A DNA stretch of 64,000 nucleotides from Longimicrobiales bacterium (GTDB lineage Bacteria; Gemmatimonadota; Gemmatimonadetes; Longimicrobiales; Gaopeijiaceae). Below, in pieces: positions 1 through 8,906 of the stretch (the stretch's first letter is position 1; every line of letters begins with the position of its first letter). The translations under genes were made by a program, and so were the position numbers. The notes beneath the pieces are model-generated. The model saw only the letters and a program-made list of their open reading frames with translations. It had not been told where the DNA came from and did not search any database. Where the stretch lies: NCBI GenBank assembly GCA_963664435.2, contig CAXXKM010000001.1:1535287-1599286 (forward strand), in the 5' to 3' direction.

Positions 1-1
1 G

Positions 2-1213
2 GGAGAGGATCCCGGGCCGCTCGCCGGGGTGCCGGTCGGGATCAAGGACATGACGGCGGTGGCGGGGCTGCGCACCACGTACGGCTCTCCACTGTACGCG
101 GACCATGTGCCCGCGGAGGACGCGCTCGTGGTGCGCCGCCTGCGGGCTGCCGGCGCGGTGGTGGTCGGCAAGACCAATACGCCGGAGTTCGCCGCGGGGG
201 CCAACACCTTCAACGACGTGTTCGGCGCCACCCGCAACCCGTGGGATCCGGCGCTCTCGGCCGGAGGGTCGACCGGCGGGGGGGCGGCGGGGCTCGCGAC
301 CGGCATGTTCGCGCTCGCGGAGGGGACCGACCTGGGCGGCTCGCTGCGCATCCCGGCGGCCTTCTGCGGGGTGACCGGGCTACGCCCCTCCCCCGGGCTG
401 GTCCCCACCGAGCCCACCGACTGGGCGTGGGACACCATCATGGTCACCGGGCTGATGGCGCGCTCGGCCCACGACCTGGCGCTCGGACTGCAGGCGGTGG
501 CCGGTCCGTCGACGGGGTCGCCCCTTCGCCAGCCGGTCGCGGGGCGGGATTTCCCGGCCGCCGCCCGGGCGGGCATGGCACAAGGCGCCCGCGTCGCATT
601 CTGCGCGGACCTGGCGGGGATGGGGGTGGATGCGGGGGTGGAGGGGGTGTGCCGGGAGGCGGCGTTCGCACTGAGTCGAGCGGGCGCCGCGGTGGAGGAG
701 ATCGACCTGGACCTCTCGCATGCCCGGCGCGCCTTCCTCGACCTGCGCGGGCAGTGGATGGTCGCGCACCACCAGGACCGCCTGGACCGCATCGACGAGC
801 TGGGCCCCAACCTGGCCGGAAACATCCGCGCGGGACTCGCGACCACGCCCGCGCAACTCGGCCGCGCCGACCAGGTGCGCAGCGACCTCTGGCGTCGCTT
901 CGCCGCATTGCGGCGCGACTTCGACTACCTGATCACGCCGTGCACCGCCGTGCCCCCCTTCCCGGTCGAACAGAGCCATCCCACGGAGATCGCGGGCCGG
1001 GCGCTCGAGACCTACGTGGACTGGTTCGCCCCGACCTTCGTCCTCTCGCTCACCGGCCTTCCGGTCGCAGCGGTGCCCGCCGGACTGGACCCACGCGGGC
1101 TCCCGGCGGGGCTCCAGGTGGTGGGCCCTCCCGCAGGCGAGGAGGCCGTGCTGGCCCTGGCCGCCACCCTCGCGCGCCTGCGCCCGCCGGAGCGGCCACC
1201 GCTGGTGGAGTGA
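2..1213 (+). CDS. Amidase signature family protein, 5' end outside the window
   Basis: Frame is open from the window start ([16 protein letters not shown]). Carries the [14 protein letters not shown] and [13 protein letters not shown] amidase signature motifs. Confidence 0.93.
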   Translation, partial: GEDPGPLAGVPVGIKDMTAVAGLRTTYGSPLYADHVPAEDALVVRRLRAAGAVVVGKTNTPEFAAGANTFNDVFGATRNPWDPALSAGGSTGGGAAGLATGMFALAEGTDLGGSLRIPAAFCGVTGLRPSPGLVPTEPTDWAWDTIMVTGLMARSAHDLALGLQAVAGPSTGSPLRQPVAGRDFPAAARAGMAQGARVAFCADLAGMGVDAGVEGVCREAAFALSRAGAAVEEIDLDLSHARRAFLDLRGQWMVAHHQDRLDRIDELGPNLAGNIRAGLATTPAQLGRADQVRSDLWRRFAALRRDFDYLITPCTAVPPFPVEQSHPTEIAGRALETYVDWFAPTFVLSLTGLPVAAVPAGLDPRGLPAGLQVVGPPAGEEAVLALAATLARLRPPERPPLVE

Positions 1214-1225
1214 CGTCGTCGCGCC

Positions 1226-1281
1226 CCGGACCCCGCCGACCCGGTGGACGCGGCGCCGGACCCCCTCGACCCGGTGGACGC
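1226..1281. repeat. Two near-identical 26 bp direct repeats, 30 bp period, intergenic
   Basis: ccggaccccgccgacccggtggacgc / ccggaccccctcgacccggtggacgc. Confidence 0.8.
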
Positions 1282-1436
1282 CTGGCATCGCACTTCGGCG
1301 CCGCTTCCCCGCCTTGCCCGCCCTCCGCGCGGCATCTACGATTTTCACGAACTTTCCCGTTCTCGAAAATCCCGCTCATGCGGGCATAGCAGACTTCGTG
1401 CGACATCGCATCCCCATCGACTGAAAGGAGCAAGTC

Positions 1437-2525
1437 ATGGCCAGAGCAGCTTCCGGTACTTCCCGCCGGCGATTCTTCAAGCAGGGCTTCGGCGTCGGCG
1501 CGGGAGCGTTGACCCTCGGCCGCTGGCCCCGAGGGCTGCTTCGCCGGCAACAGGCGGGCGCTCCCCTCATCATCACCAGCCACACCAACGAGACCGGGCG
1601 CAACGCCATGGCGCAGGCGTGGGACATTCTCGCCGAGGGCGGGAGCGCGCTGGACGCCGTGGAGCGCGGGGCCAACGTCATCGAAGTGGACCCGGACGAT
1701 GCCGGGGTCGGCTACGGCGGACTTCCCAACGAGGACGGTGTCGTACAGCTCGACGCCTCCTGCATGGACGGCAAGACCTACAGCGCCGGATGCGTCGCGT
1801 CGATCGAGGACATCAAGACCCCGTCGTCGGTCGCGCGGCTTGTGATGGAGCGCACCGACCACGTCATGCTGGTGGGGCCGGGCGCGCGCGAGTTCGCCCT
1901 CTCCTTCGGCTTCAAGGCGGAGAATCTGCTGACCGAGAACGCGCGCATGGCTTGGGTGCGCTGGCGCGAGACCCACAGCGAGCGGCGGGACGACTGGGGT
2001 CCGCCCGACCACATCCGCGACAGGCCCGACAGGCAGACCGGCGGGCTCCCGGGCGAGGACGACTTCAACTACGGCACCACCAACGTGCTGGCCGTGGACG
2101 CCAACGGGGACGTGGCGGGCATTACCACCACCAGCGGCCTCTCCTGGAAGATCCCCGGCCGCATCGGCGACTCGCCCATCATCGGCGCGGGGCTCTACGT
2201 CGACAACGACGTGGGCGCGGCGGCGGTCACCGGACGCGGCGAGGACGTCATCAAGTCGTGCGCGTCCTATTTCATCGTCGGACGCATGCGCGAGGGACGG
2301 TCTCCGCAGGAAGCCTGCGAAGACGCGGTCGAGATGATCGTGGGCAGATACCGGGCCGTCGGCCTCGACTTCGTGCCCAGCGAGAAGTTCGTCGCGATCA
2401 ACAAGGACGGCGAGATCGGCTGCGCGCGCATGTCGGGCGGCGCCGGCCGCATCGGCACGCTGACGTACCGCAACTCCTCGGGGCTCGACACCTTCGAGGG
2501 CACCCAGCTCTACCCGACGAGCTGA
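1437..2525 (+). CDS. N4-(beta-N-acetylglucosaminyl)-L-asparaginase / type 2 asparaginase (Ntn hydrolase), Tat signal
   Basis: SRRRFFK Tat motif; GVGYGGLPN, LDASCMDG, YGTT nucleophile site, TTSGL and GRIGDSPIIGAG motifs; AAAGGAG RBS. Confidence 0.9.
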   Translation: MARAASGTSRRRFFKQGFGVGAGALTLGRWPRGLLRRQQAGAPLIITSHTNETGRNAMAQAWDILAEGGSALDAVERGANVIEVDPDDAGVGYGGLPNEDGVVQLDASCMDGKTYSAGCVASIEDIKTPSSVARLVMERTDHVMLVGPGAREFALSFGFKAENLLTENARMAWVRWRETHSERRDDWGPPDHIRDRPDRQTGGLPGEDDFNYGTTNVLAVDANGDVAGITTTSGLSWKIPGRIGDSPIIGAGLYVDNDVGAAAVTGRGEDVIKSCASYFIVGRMREGRSPQEACEDAVEMIVGRYRAVGLDFVPSEKFVAINKDGEIGCARMSGGAGRIGTLTYRNSSGLDTFEGTQLYPTS

Positions 2526-2546
2526 TCCCGCAGAGACAATGGTTCG

Positions 2547-3266
2547 GTGTCTCGCGCGCGGGCGGGATCCGTAGACGCATCCGCGTCCGGCCCGCCCGCC
2601 GCGAACGCCTCCGCCGCCGCGGCCCGGTCACGCGCCACGCACCAGGTCGACCATTGGTGGGCCCGCGGGCTGCTGTTCGAGAGCTGCAACTGCCAGGTGG
2701 TCTGTCCGGGCCACGTCCACTTCAGCCAGAGCTGCACCCACGAGCGCTGCATCGGCTACTGGGCGCTTCGTTTCGACGAGGGCCGGTACGGCGACACGAG
2801 CCTCGACGGCGTTCGCGCGGTGGTAGCCTTCGAGTGCCCGCAACTGATGATCGCGGGAGATTGGACGGAGGTGCTGCTGATCGACCAGGAAGCTTCGCCG
2901 GATCAGCGGGAGGCCGTGGAAGCCATCCTGCGCGGCGATGCGGGTGGGCCATGGGAGGTGCTGGCGCGGTTCGTCTCCGACTGGCTGCCCACGCGCTTCG
3001 TCCCGATCGAGATGGAGGATGAGGGCAAGGTGAAGCGGGTACGGGTCGGTTCGCTCCTGGAAGCGTCCGTCGAGGACATCCGCGGGTGGGACCGGGACCT
3101 TCCGGTCACCTTCCGGAACATGTTCAACCAGATCCACGACTCCACGCAGACCATCGCCCGGGGCGAGACCCGCGGCGACATCGGCGGCATTCGCCTCCGC
3201 AACGAGGGCACGCACGGGCTGCACTCACGTTTCGACTGGCGGGTCGGGGATCCCGAACGCAGCTGA
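2547..3266 (+). CDS. DUF1326-like Cys-rich metal-binding protein
   Basis: ESCNCQVVCPGH...C motif; LLIDQEASPDQREAVEAIL; exact start uncertain. Confidence 0.75.
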   Translation: MSRARAGSVDASASGPPAANASAAAARSRATHQVDHWWARGLLFESCNCQVVCPGHVHFSQSCTHERCIGYWALRFDEGRYGDTSLDGVRAVVAFECPQLMIAGDWTEVLLIDQEASPDQREAVEAILRGDAGGPWEVLARFVSDWLPTRFVPIEMEDEGKVKRVRVGSLLEASVEDIRGWDRDLPVTFRNMFNQIHDSTQTIARGETRGDIGGIRLRNEGTHGLHSRFDWRVGDPERS

Positions 3267-3332
3267 GGGTGTGCCGGGGAGACAGGGCTGTAACCCAATG
3301 ACGCAAGAGAAGTTGTCGAAGGAGGAGAACCG

Positions 3333-4376
3333 ATGCTGAAACACGAGAACGGAGCCCGCCGGACGTCACTTGCCGCCGCGCTTCTCCTGGCGGTACCGGG
3401 CGCGGCGTTCCCGGCCTCTGCCCAGGACGAGCCGCCGGCCAGCCCGCCACCCGAGTGGGAGGCCACGGCCATCGACTATTCCAACATCCGCTACCCGCAC
3501 CCGGTGAAGTACCTGAACCTCCGGCTGATGGGCGAGGACTATCGGATGGCGTACATGGACGTGGCGCCGGCGGGCGAGCCCAACGGGCAGACCGTCGTCC
3601 TCTTCCACGGCATGAACTTCTTCGCCGCGGCCTTCGGGCCCACCATCGCCGCGCTCACCGAAGCCGGGTTCCGCGCGATCGCGGTGGACCGGCTCGGATA
3701 CGGGCGCTCATCCAAGCCCGTCATCCACTACAACCTGCACATGCCCGCGCGCCACACGAAGGCGCTGCTGGACGAGCTGGGCATCGAGCAGGTGGCCGTC
3801 CTGGGACACTCGATGGGCGGCATGGTCGCGACCCGCTTCACCTCGACGTACCCGGACGTGGTCACCCATGTGATCATGTCCAACCAGATCGGCCTGACCG
3901 ACACCCGCCACGGACGCGCGTGGAGCGACCCGGAGGCGGTGTACGAGTCGACGCTGAGCGGCACGACCTATGAGTCGACCCTGGCCGGGCACAGACGCTA
4001 CTACCCGAACGGCTGGAAGAACGAGTACCTGCCCTGGGTGAAGGTCCAGTACGGGCTCACGCTGAGCGGCCACTGGCCCCGGATGGCCCGGGTGCGCGCG
4101 GCGCAGCGGCAGATCCTGTTCGAGGATCCGGTCGTGCACGAGTGGCAGTACATCCGGACCAAGGCGCTGGTGATCGGCGGAGCGGACGACAGGTTGAGCC
4201 GCGACTTTCCCGCGGCGGCGCGCAACGTGGCGGAGACGCTGCCCAACGCGGAACTGGTGCTGTTTCCGGGGATCGGCCATGTGCCGGCGTTCGAGTACCC
4301 GGAGCCGTATCATGCGGAGGTGATCCGGTTCCTGCTGTCGGATCCGGAGTCGCCTGCGGATCAGGGGTGGAGGTAG
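3333..4376 (+). CDS. Secreted alpha/beta hydrolase
   Basis: Signal peptide, LFHG, GYGRS, GHSMGG nucleophile elbow, C-terminal GH; GGAGGAG RBS. Confidence 0.9.
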   Translation: MLKHENGARRTSLAAALLLAVPGAAFPASAQDEPPASPPPEWEATAIDYSNIRYPHPVKYLNLRLMGEDYRMAYMDVAPAGEPNGQTVVLFHGMNFFAAAFGPTIAALTEAGFRAIAVDRLGYGRSSKPVIHYNLHMPARHTKALLDELGIEQVAVLGHSMGGMVATRFTSTYPDVVTHVIMSNQIGLTDTRHGRAWSDPEAVYESTLSGTTYESTLAGHRRYYPNGWKNEYLPWVKVQYGLTLSGHWPRMARVRAAQRQILFEDPVVHEWQYIRTKALVIGGADDRLSRDFPAAARNVAETLPNAELVLFPGIGHVPAFEYPEPYHAEVIRFLLSDPESPADQGWR

Positions 4377-4396
4377 GGGGGGCGGGAGAGATCCGG

Positions 4397-4732
4397 CTAC
4401 CGCAGCAGCACTCCGCCGATCGTGCGGGCGATCCACTGGTTGAGGCTCTTCCCCTCGGCGGCGGCCGCGGCTGCCGCGCTCGCGTGCAGATCCGGCGACA
4501 TGCGCAAATGGAACTTCCCCGAGTACGACCTCCGGGGTTCGACGCCGTCCTCCTCGCACATCTCCAGAAACACCTTGAGCGAAGTGGCTCCCTCCTGCCT
4601 GAGGCCCGCGACATCGGGGGCGTAGAAATCCGCTCCGCCGTTCAGGCCGATGAACTCGCCCCGGAACATGTCGATGTCCGGATCGAAATGAATGACCGCC
4701 TGGTAGCCGTCGATCTCCATGGTGTTTTTCAC
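4397..4732 (-). CDS. hicB: HicB family antitoxin
   Basis: GYQAVIHFDPDIDMFRGEFIGLNGGADF...YSGKFHLR...GKSLNQW; its GTG overlaps the hicA stop. Confidence 0.9.
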   Translation of the reverse strand: MKNTMEIDGYQAVIHFDPDIDMFRGEFIGLNGGADFYAPDVAGLRQEGATSLKVFLEMCEEDGVEPRRSYSGKFHLRMSPDLHASAAAAAAAEGKSLNQWIARTIGGVLLR

Positions 4733-4983
4733 GGCTCCACTCCATTCCTCCGTAGCCAATTCCGGATGCTGGCGACCGCGCCGGCGTCAGTATTCGGCGA
4801 TGGGTGCGGCCGGTGGAACACCCGGCGGTCGCCGAACAGCCTTATGCCGATGCGGGAGCCTTCCCGCTCGCTGACCTCCGCTCCCAGATCTACCAGCAAC
4901 GCCTCGATTCTCCGCCACGGTATGTTGCCGCTGACCGGGTGGCTGAAGATCGACTCAAGGGTTTTGCGGTGCCTGCGCTTCAT
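4729..4983 (-). CDS. hicA: HicA family toxin (mRNA interferase)
   Basis: 84 aa; LGAEVSEREGSR...VFHRPHP motif; lies upstream of hicB. Confidence 0.9.
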   Translation of the reverse strand: MKRRHRKTLESIFSHPVSGNIPWRRIEALLVDLGAEVSEREGSRIGIRLFGDRRVFHRPHPSPNTDAGAVASIRNWLRRNGVEP

Positions 4984-4988
4984 GAGTT

Positions 4989-5017
4989 ATGATATCGTAA
5001 TATGATACCGTGCACAA
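4989..5017 (-). promoter_or_regulatory. Sigma70-type promoter of hicAB, probably leaderless, with an internal imperfect palindrome
   Basis: Minus strand reads TTGTGC-N17-TATCAT-aactc-ATG; TATCAT..ACGATA inverted repeat in the spacer. Confidence 0.6.
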
Positions 5018-5097
5018 GTCATCTGGCGCTCCCGGAAGTGCCGGTTGTGCCACCGTCCCGGTCAGCCCCGTGACATGAGACCAACACCTGCAGATCC

Positions 5098-5742
5098 GTG
5101 CCGGCCCTGAATACGTCCCTCCCCCTCGCCGCGCTCATGTGGTTTGGGATGATGGCGGCCATGATGCTGCCGGTGTCGGTGCCGTGGGTGCGGGTGCTGG
5201 TTTCGTTGAGCGACGGAGACGGGCGGGTCCGGTCGGGGGCGCCGCCGGCACTGGTGCCCGGGAGGTGGTTGTGGGCCCGCGTCCGGTCGGGTGCGCTGTT
5301 CCTGGCCGGCTACCTGTCGGTGTGGCTGCTCTTCAGCGTGGCCGCGGCAGCGGTGCAGCTGGGGGTGGCGGGGATGGTACCGCTCGGTCGCGACACACCG
5401 GTCGCGGGGTTCTTTCTGGTGGGCGCCGGCCTCTACCAGCTGTCACCGGTCAAGGCGGCCTGCCTGCGCCACTGCCGCAACCCGCTCACCTGGTTCCTGA
5501 CCCGCTGGCGGGACGGGCCGCGGGGAGCACTGGGGATGGGGTGGGGGCACGGCCTCTACTGCCTAGGGTGCTGCTGGGCACTGATGGCTTTGGCGCTCGT
5601 GCTGGGCGTCATGGACCTGCTCTGGATGGCCGTGCTGGCGGCGGTCGTGTGTATCGAGAACCTCGCGCCGGGCGGACCGATCGCCGGGCGGGTCGCGGGG
5701 GTGGGGCTGGTGGTGTGGGGGGTGGTGGTGTGGGTGGGGTGA
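5098..5742 (+). CDS. DUF2182 predicted metal-binding integral membrane protein
   Basis: WFGMMAAMMLP, YQLSPVKAACLRHCRNP, GLYCLGCCWALM, MDLLWM motifs. Confidence 0.88.
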   Translation: MPALNTSLPLAALMWFGMMAAMMLPVSVPWVRVLVSLSDGDGRVRSGAPPALVPGRWLWARVRSGALFLAGYLSVWLLFSVAAAAVQLGVAGMVPLGRDTPVAGFFLVGAGLYQLSPVKAACLRHCRNPLTWFLTRWRDGPRGALGMGWGHGLYCLGCCWALMALALVLGVMDLLWMAVLAAVVCIENLAPGGPIAGRVAGVGLVVWGVVVWVG

Positions 5743-5748
5743 GAGCTG

Positions 5749-6042
5749 TCAGGCGGCCGACTTCCTGCTCGCGGCGGCTTCGCGGATTGATTCCCGGAGC
5801 CCTTCCAGCAAGCCCTCGACTCGCGCCACGCGCTCGCCGAGGTCGGCGAAATCGCGGCGCATTGAGGCCAGCTCCGCGCGGAAACCGTTCAGCTCCTCCC
5901 GGAAACCGTCCAACTGCCGCTGAAAGCCGTCGACCTGGTTGCGCAAGCCGTTGATGTCCGAACGAAGCCCGTTCAGAACCACAAGGATCAGCCCAGCGAC
6001 CATGAGGCCGACCGTCAGAACCCCGATCAATTCTGCTGACAT
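5749..6042 (-). CDS. Small membrane-anchored coiled-coil protein
   Basis: N-terminal TM helix, heptad repeats (NGLRSDI/NGLRNQV/DGFQRQL/DGFREEL/NGFRAEL), then ERVARVEG. Confidence 0.7.
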   Translation of the reverse strand: MSAELIGVLTVGLMVAGLILVVLNGLRSDINGLRNQVDGFQRQLDGFREELNGFRAELASMRRDFADLGERVARVEGLLEGLRESIREAAASRKSAA

Positions 6043-6221
6043 CGGTTTCCCCTGCATCCACGGACGACGGGGACGATACGCGAACACCCTGAACGTATCG
6101 CTCCAACTCGGGCAGTGGAATGACGGGATGGGTCATCCGCATTGCGAAGTGGGAGTCTCACGCGGCATCCCGTGGCGTTGCGAGTAAGTGACCGGGCCCG
6201 GGTGCACCGGTCCGTTCACCC

Positions 6222-8273
6222 CTATGCCAGCGCCGACACTACCCTGTACACCACGAAGGCCGCCGTCCACGCCAGCACGGTCATGTAGCCGAACTGGAGG
6301 GCGGGCCACTTCCAGCTGCCGGTCTCGCGCCGGGTGACGACGTTGGTGGGCAGGCACTGCATCGCCAGCACGAAGAAGACCAGGAGGGCCAGCGCGGTTG
6401 CGGTGGTGAATACCGGACTGCCGTCCGCGTGGCGCTGGGCGCTCAGGGTCGCGCTGAGCGTTTCCTCATCCTCGGCAGCGTCTTCGCCTATCCCGTAGAC
6501 GATGGCCAGGGTGGCGACGATCACCTCGCGGGCGGCGAACGACGAGATCACCCCGACGTTGATCTTCCAGTCGAAGCCCAGAGGGGAAAACACGGGCTCA
6601 ACCGCCTTGCCCACGCGGCCCGCGACCGAGTACTCGAGCTCGTACGGCGAAATCAGCGCGCCCACCTCCGCCTCAAGCGCCTCGGCTTCCGCTTCACCTC
6701 CGACCCCGACCGCAGCGGCGCGCAGACCCTCCACCTCGGCGATCGTCGCGGCAGGAACCACCGCGCTCCACTCCGACTCGTCCAGCTTGGGATAGGTCGC
6801 GAGCACCCAGAGCACCATCGAGATCCCGAGAATGACGGTGCCGGCGCGCGTGACGAACGCCCGTCCACGCTCGTATGCCGTCAGCAAGGCATTGCGCAGC
6901 GAGGGCAGCCGGTAGCGCGGCAGCTCGATCACCAGCGGGCTGGACGCGCCGGGAAGGATGGTGCTCTTGAACACGAAGGCCATCCCGATGGCCGCGGTCA
7001 TCCCGAGCAGGTAGGCGCCCGTGAACACCAGGCCGCCCACCACGGGGCGATCGGCGAAGAGGAGCGCGGTGATCATCACGTAAACCGGCATGCGCGCGGT
7101 GCAGGTCAGAAGCGGGATCACCAGGATCGACACCAACCGGTCGCGCCGGTTCTCGATGACCCTCGAGGACATGATGGCCGGGATCGCGCAGGCGTGCGCG
7201 GAGAGCATGGGCACGAACGCCCGTCCCGGCAGCCCGACGCGGCTCATCGGGCGGTCGGCCACGAACGCCGCGCGGGCCAGATAACCGCTGTCCTCCAAAA
7301 GCGTAATCAGGAAAAAGAGGAAGCAGATCTGCGGCAGAAACACGAGGACGCCGCCGATCCCGCCGATCAGCCCGTTGACGACGAAGCTGTTGAGGTCGCC
7401 GGGCGGGAGGATGCTGGCGAATACATCGCCGGCGAAGCCGAAGCCCGCCTCGATCCAGGTCATCGGATACTGGGCGATCGAGAAGATCGAGATGAAGAGC
7501 GCGGCCATGATGAGCACGAAGCCGGCCACGCCAAAGACCGGATGGGTCAGCCATCCGTCGATGGCTTCGGTGAGGCGCAGCGACATGAGACGCGTGCCGC
7601 CCGCCGCCCGCACCGCGCGCGTGCCGACCTCCTCCGCCCAGTCATAGCGCGCCTCGTGAGGACAGGTCGTGCACGAACCGCACGCCGCGATGCCTTCCGG
7701 GAGCGCGGGGATCGCTCCCGGGCCCGCCTCCAGCACGTAGGCGAGCTCTCGCTTGAGAAGATCGAAGCCTCGTCCCGAGCGCGAACTCACGGCCACGACC
7801 GGGGCGCCGAGTTCGACCGCCAGCGACTCGGTGTCGATCTCGAGCCCGTCCGCCTCGGCCAGGTCGATCATGTTGAGCGCGACGACCATGGGCACGCCCA
7901 GCTCGCGGACCTGGCCGGCCAGGTAGAGGTTGCGGGCGAGATTGGTGGCGTCCACCACGACGATGGCCGCCTGCGGCCGCGGGCGTCCGGGCAGCTTGCC
8001 CAGCAGCGCGTCCCGGGCCCTGCGCTCTTCGACCTTGTGCTCCGACATGGCGTAGAGCCCCGGCAGGTCGAGCAGCTGGATCGATCTGCCGTCCATGTCG
8101 AAGCTGCCGAGCCGTACCGAGGTGGTCGTGCCGGCAAAGTTGGCGGTCTTGCCACGCATCCCGGTGAGCTGGTTGAAGAGCGTGGTCTTCCCGGCATTGG
8201 GATTGCCGGCCAGCGCCACCGTGATCGGAACCGTGGCCCGGGCGGGAACAACGGGCAGGGAAACGGGGCTCAT
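6222..8273 (-). CDS. feoB: Ferrous iron transporter B
   Basis: GNPNAGKTT, DLPGLY and NMID G-domain motifs; LLEDSGYLARAAF, CAIPAIM, CTARMPVY membrane domain. Confidence 0.96.
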   Translation of the reverse strand: MSPVSLPVVPARATVPITVALAGNPNAGKTTLFNQLTGMRGKTANFAGTTTSVRLGSFDMDGRSIQLLDLPGLYAMSEHKVEERRARDALLGKLPGRPRPQAAIVVVDATNLARNLYLAGQVRELGVPMVVALNMIDLAEADGLEIDTESLAVELGAPVVAVSSRSGRGFDLLKRELAYVLEAGPGAIPALPEGIAACGSCTTCPHEARYDWAEEVGTRAVRAAGGTRLMSLRLTEAIDGWLTHPVFGVAGFVLIMAALFISIFSIAQYPMTWIEAGFGFAGDVFASILPPGDLNSFVVNGLIGGIGGVLVFLPQICFLFFLITLLEDSGYLARAAFVADRPMSRVGLPGRAFVPMLSAHACAIPAIMSSRVIENRRDRLVSILVIPLLTCTARMPVYVMITALLFADRPVVGGLVFTGAYLLGMTAAIGMAFVFKSTILPGASSPLVIELPRYRLPSLRNALLTAYERGRAFVTRAGTVILGISMVLWVLATYPKLDESEWSAVVPAATIAEVEGLRAAAVGVGGEAEAEALEAEVGALISPYELEYSVAGRVGKAVEPVFSPLGFDWKINVGVISSFAAREVIVATLAIVYGIGEDAAEDEETLSATLSAQRHADGSPVFTTATALALLVFFVLAMQCLPTNVVTRRETGSWKWPALQFGYMTVLAWTAAFVVYRVVSALA

Positions 8274-8286
8274 GACGTCCCGGCGG

Positions 8287-8604
8287 TCAGTCGGCCCGGT
8301 GCCGCTCGTAGCAGCGGAAGCCTTCGTCGGGCTGGAGAAAGACGTGGCGGGCGAGCCGCCCCGCGATCCCCAGGCGCGTCCCCATGACGCTTACGATCAT
8401 CGGATCGCCCGACTTCACCACGTGCAGCCGGCGTCCCAGGCACACGCCCATCGTCTTGAGGCGCTCAATGTCCTCATGATCCCCCTCGATGTCGCAGATC
8501 ATTCCGCACTCCCCGGCCGAAAGCCGGTTTGCGCGAAGCCCTCGATCGGATTCCGACATCTCGTCCGGCTCCACTGGCCGGAGCGAAACATGGGCTGGCG
8601 GCAC
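8287..8604 (-). CDS. feoA: Ferrous iron transport protein A (start may be ATG at 8559)
   Basis: ERLKTMGVCLG...GDPMIVSVMGTRLGI; directly upstream of feoB. Confidence 0.88.
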   Translation of the reverse strand: MPPAHVSLRPVEPDEMSESDRGLRANRLSAGECGMICDIEGDHEDIERLKTMGVCLGRRLHVVKSGDPMIVSVMGTRLGIAGRLARHVFLQPDEGFRCYERHRAD

Positions 8605-8640
8605 GTGTCCTCGTGGTCCGGATGGTTGGCAGAGAATCGT

Positions 8641-8657
8641 ATGAGAATCATTCTCAT
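8641..8657. promoter_or_regulatory. Fur-type iron box upstream of feoAB
   Basis: Perfect palindrome ATGAGAAT-C-ATTCTCAT, AT-rich within GC-rich DNA. Confidence 0.8.
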
Positions 8658-8906
8658 TCGCAGACCGCGAAGAAGCAAGGGGTGGTTGTTCGCCGCAAGC
8701 GCCGGGCGCACGAATGATGGTTCGGGACTGTGGGCGGTCGAGTGCTCCCTACCGGCCACGGGCGCGGCGATGCGAGTTCGCAATCGCACCGGGAGAACGC
8801 GTGTCGCCTGCCGCACCGGAGCGCCGTATGTTGCCCCGTTGGAGGTGGAGGCGCACGAAGAACCAGGTTCGGGCGCCATCTTTGGACCTTGAGAGAGGGA
8901 ATCGAG

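Noticed and set aside
1226..1281. CRISPR array (also considered 17071-17147)
   Set aside because: Only two or three copies, no unique spacers of suitable length and no cas genes.
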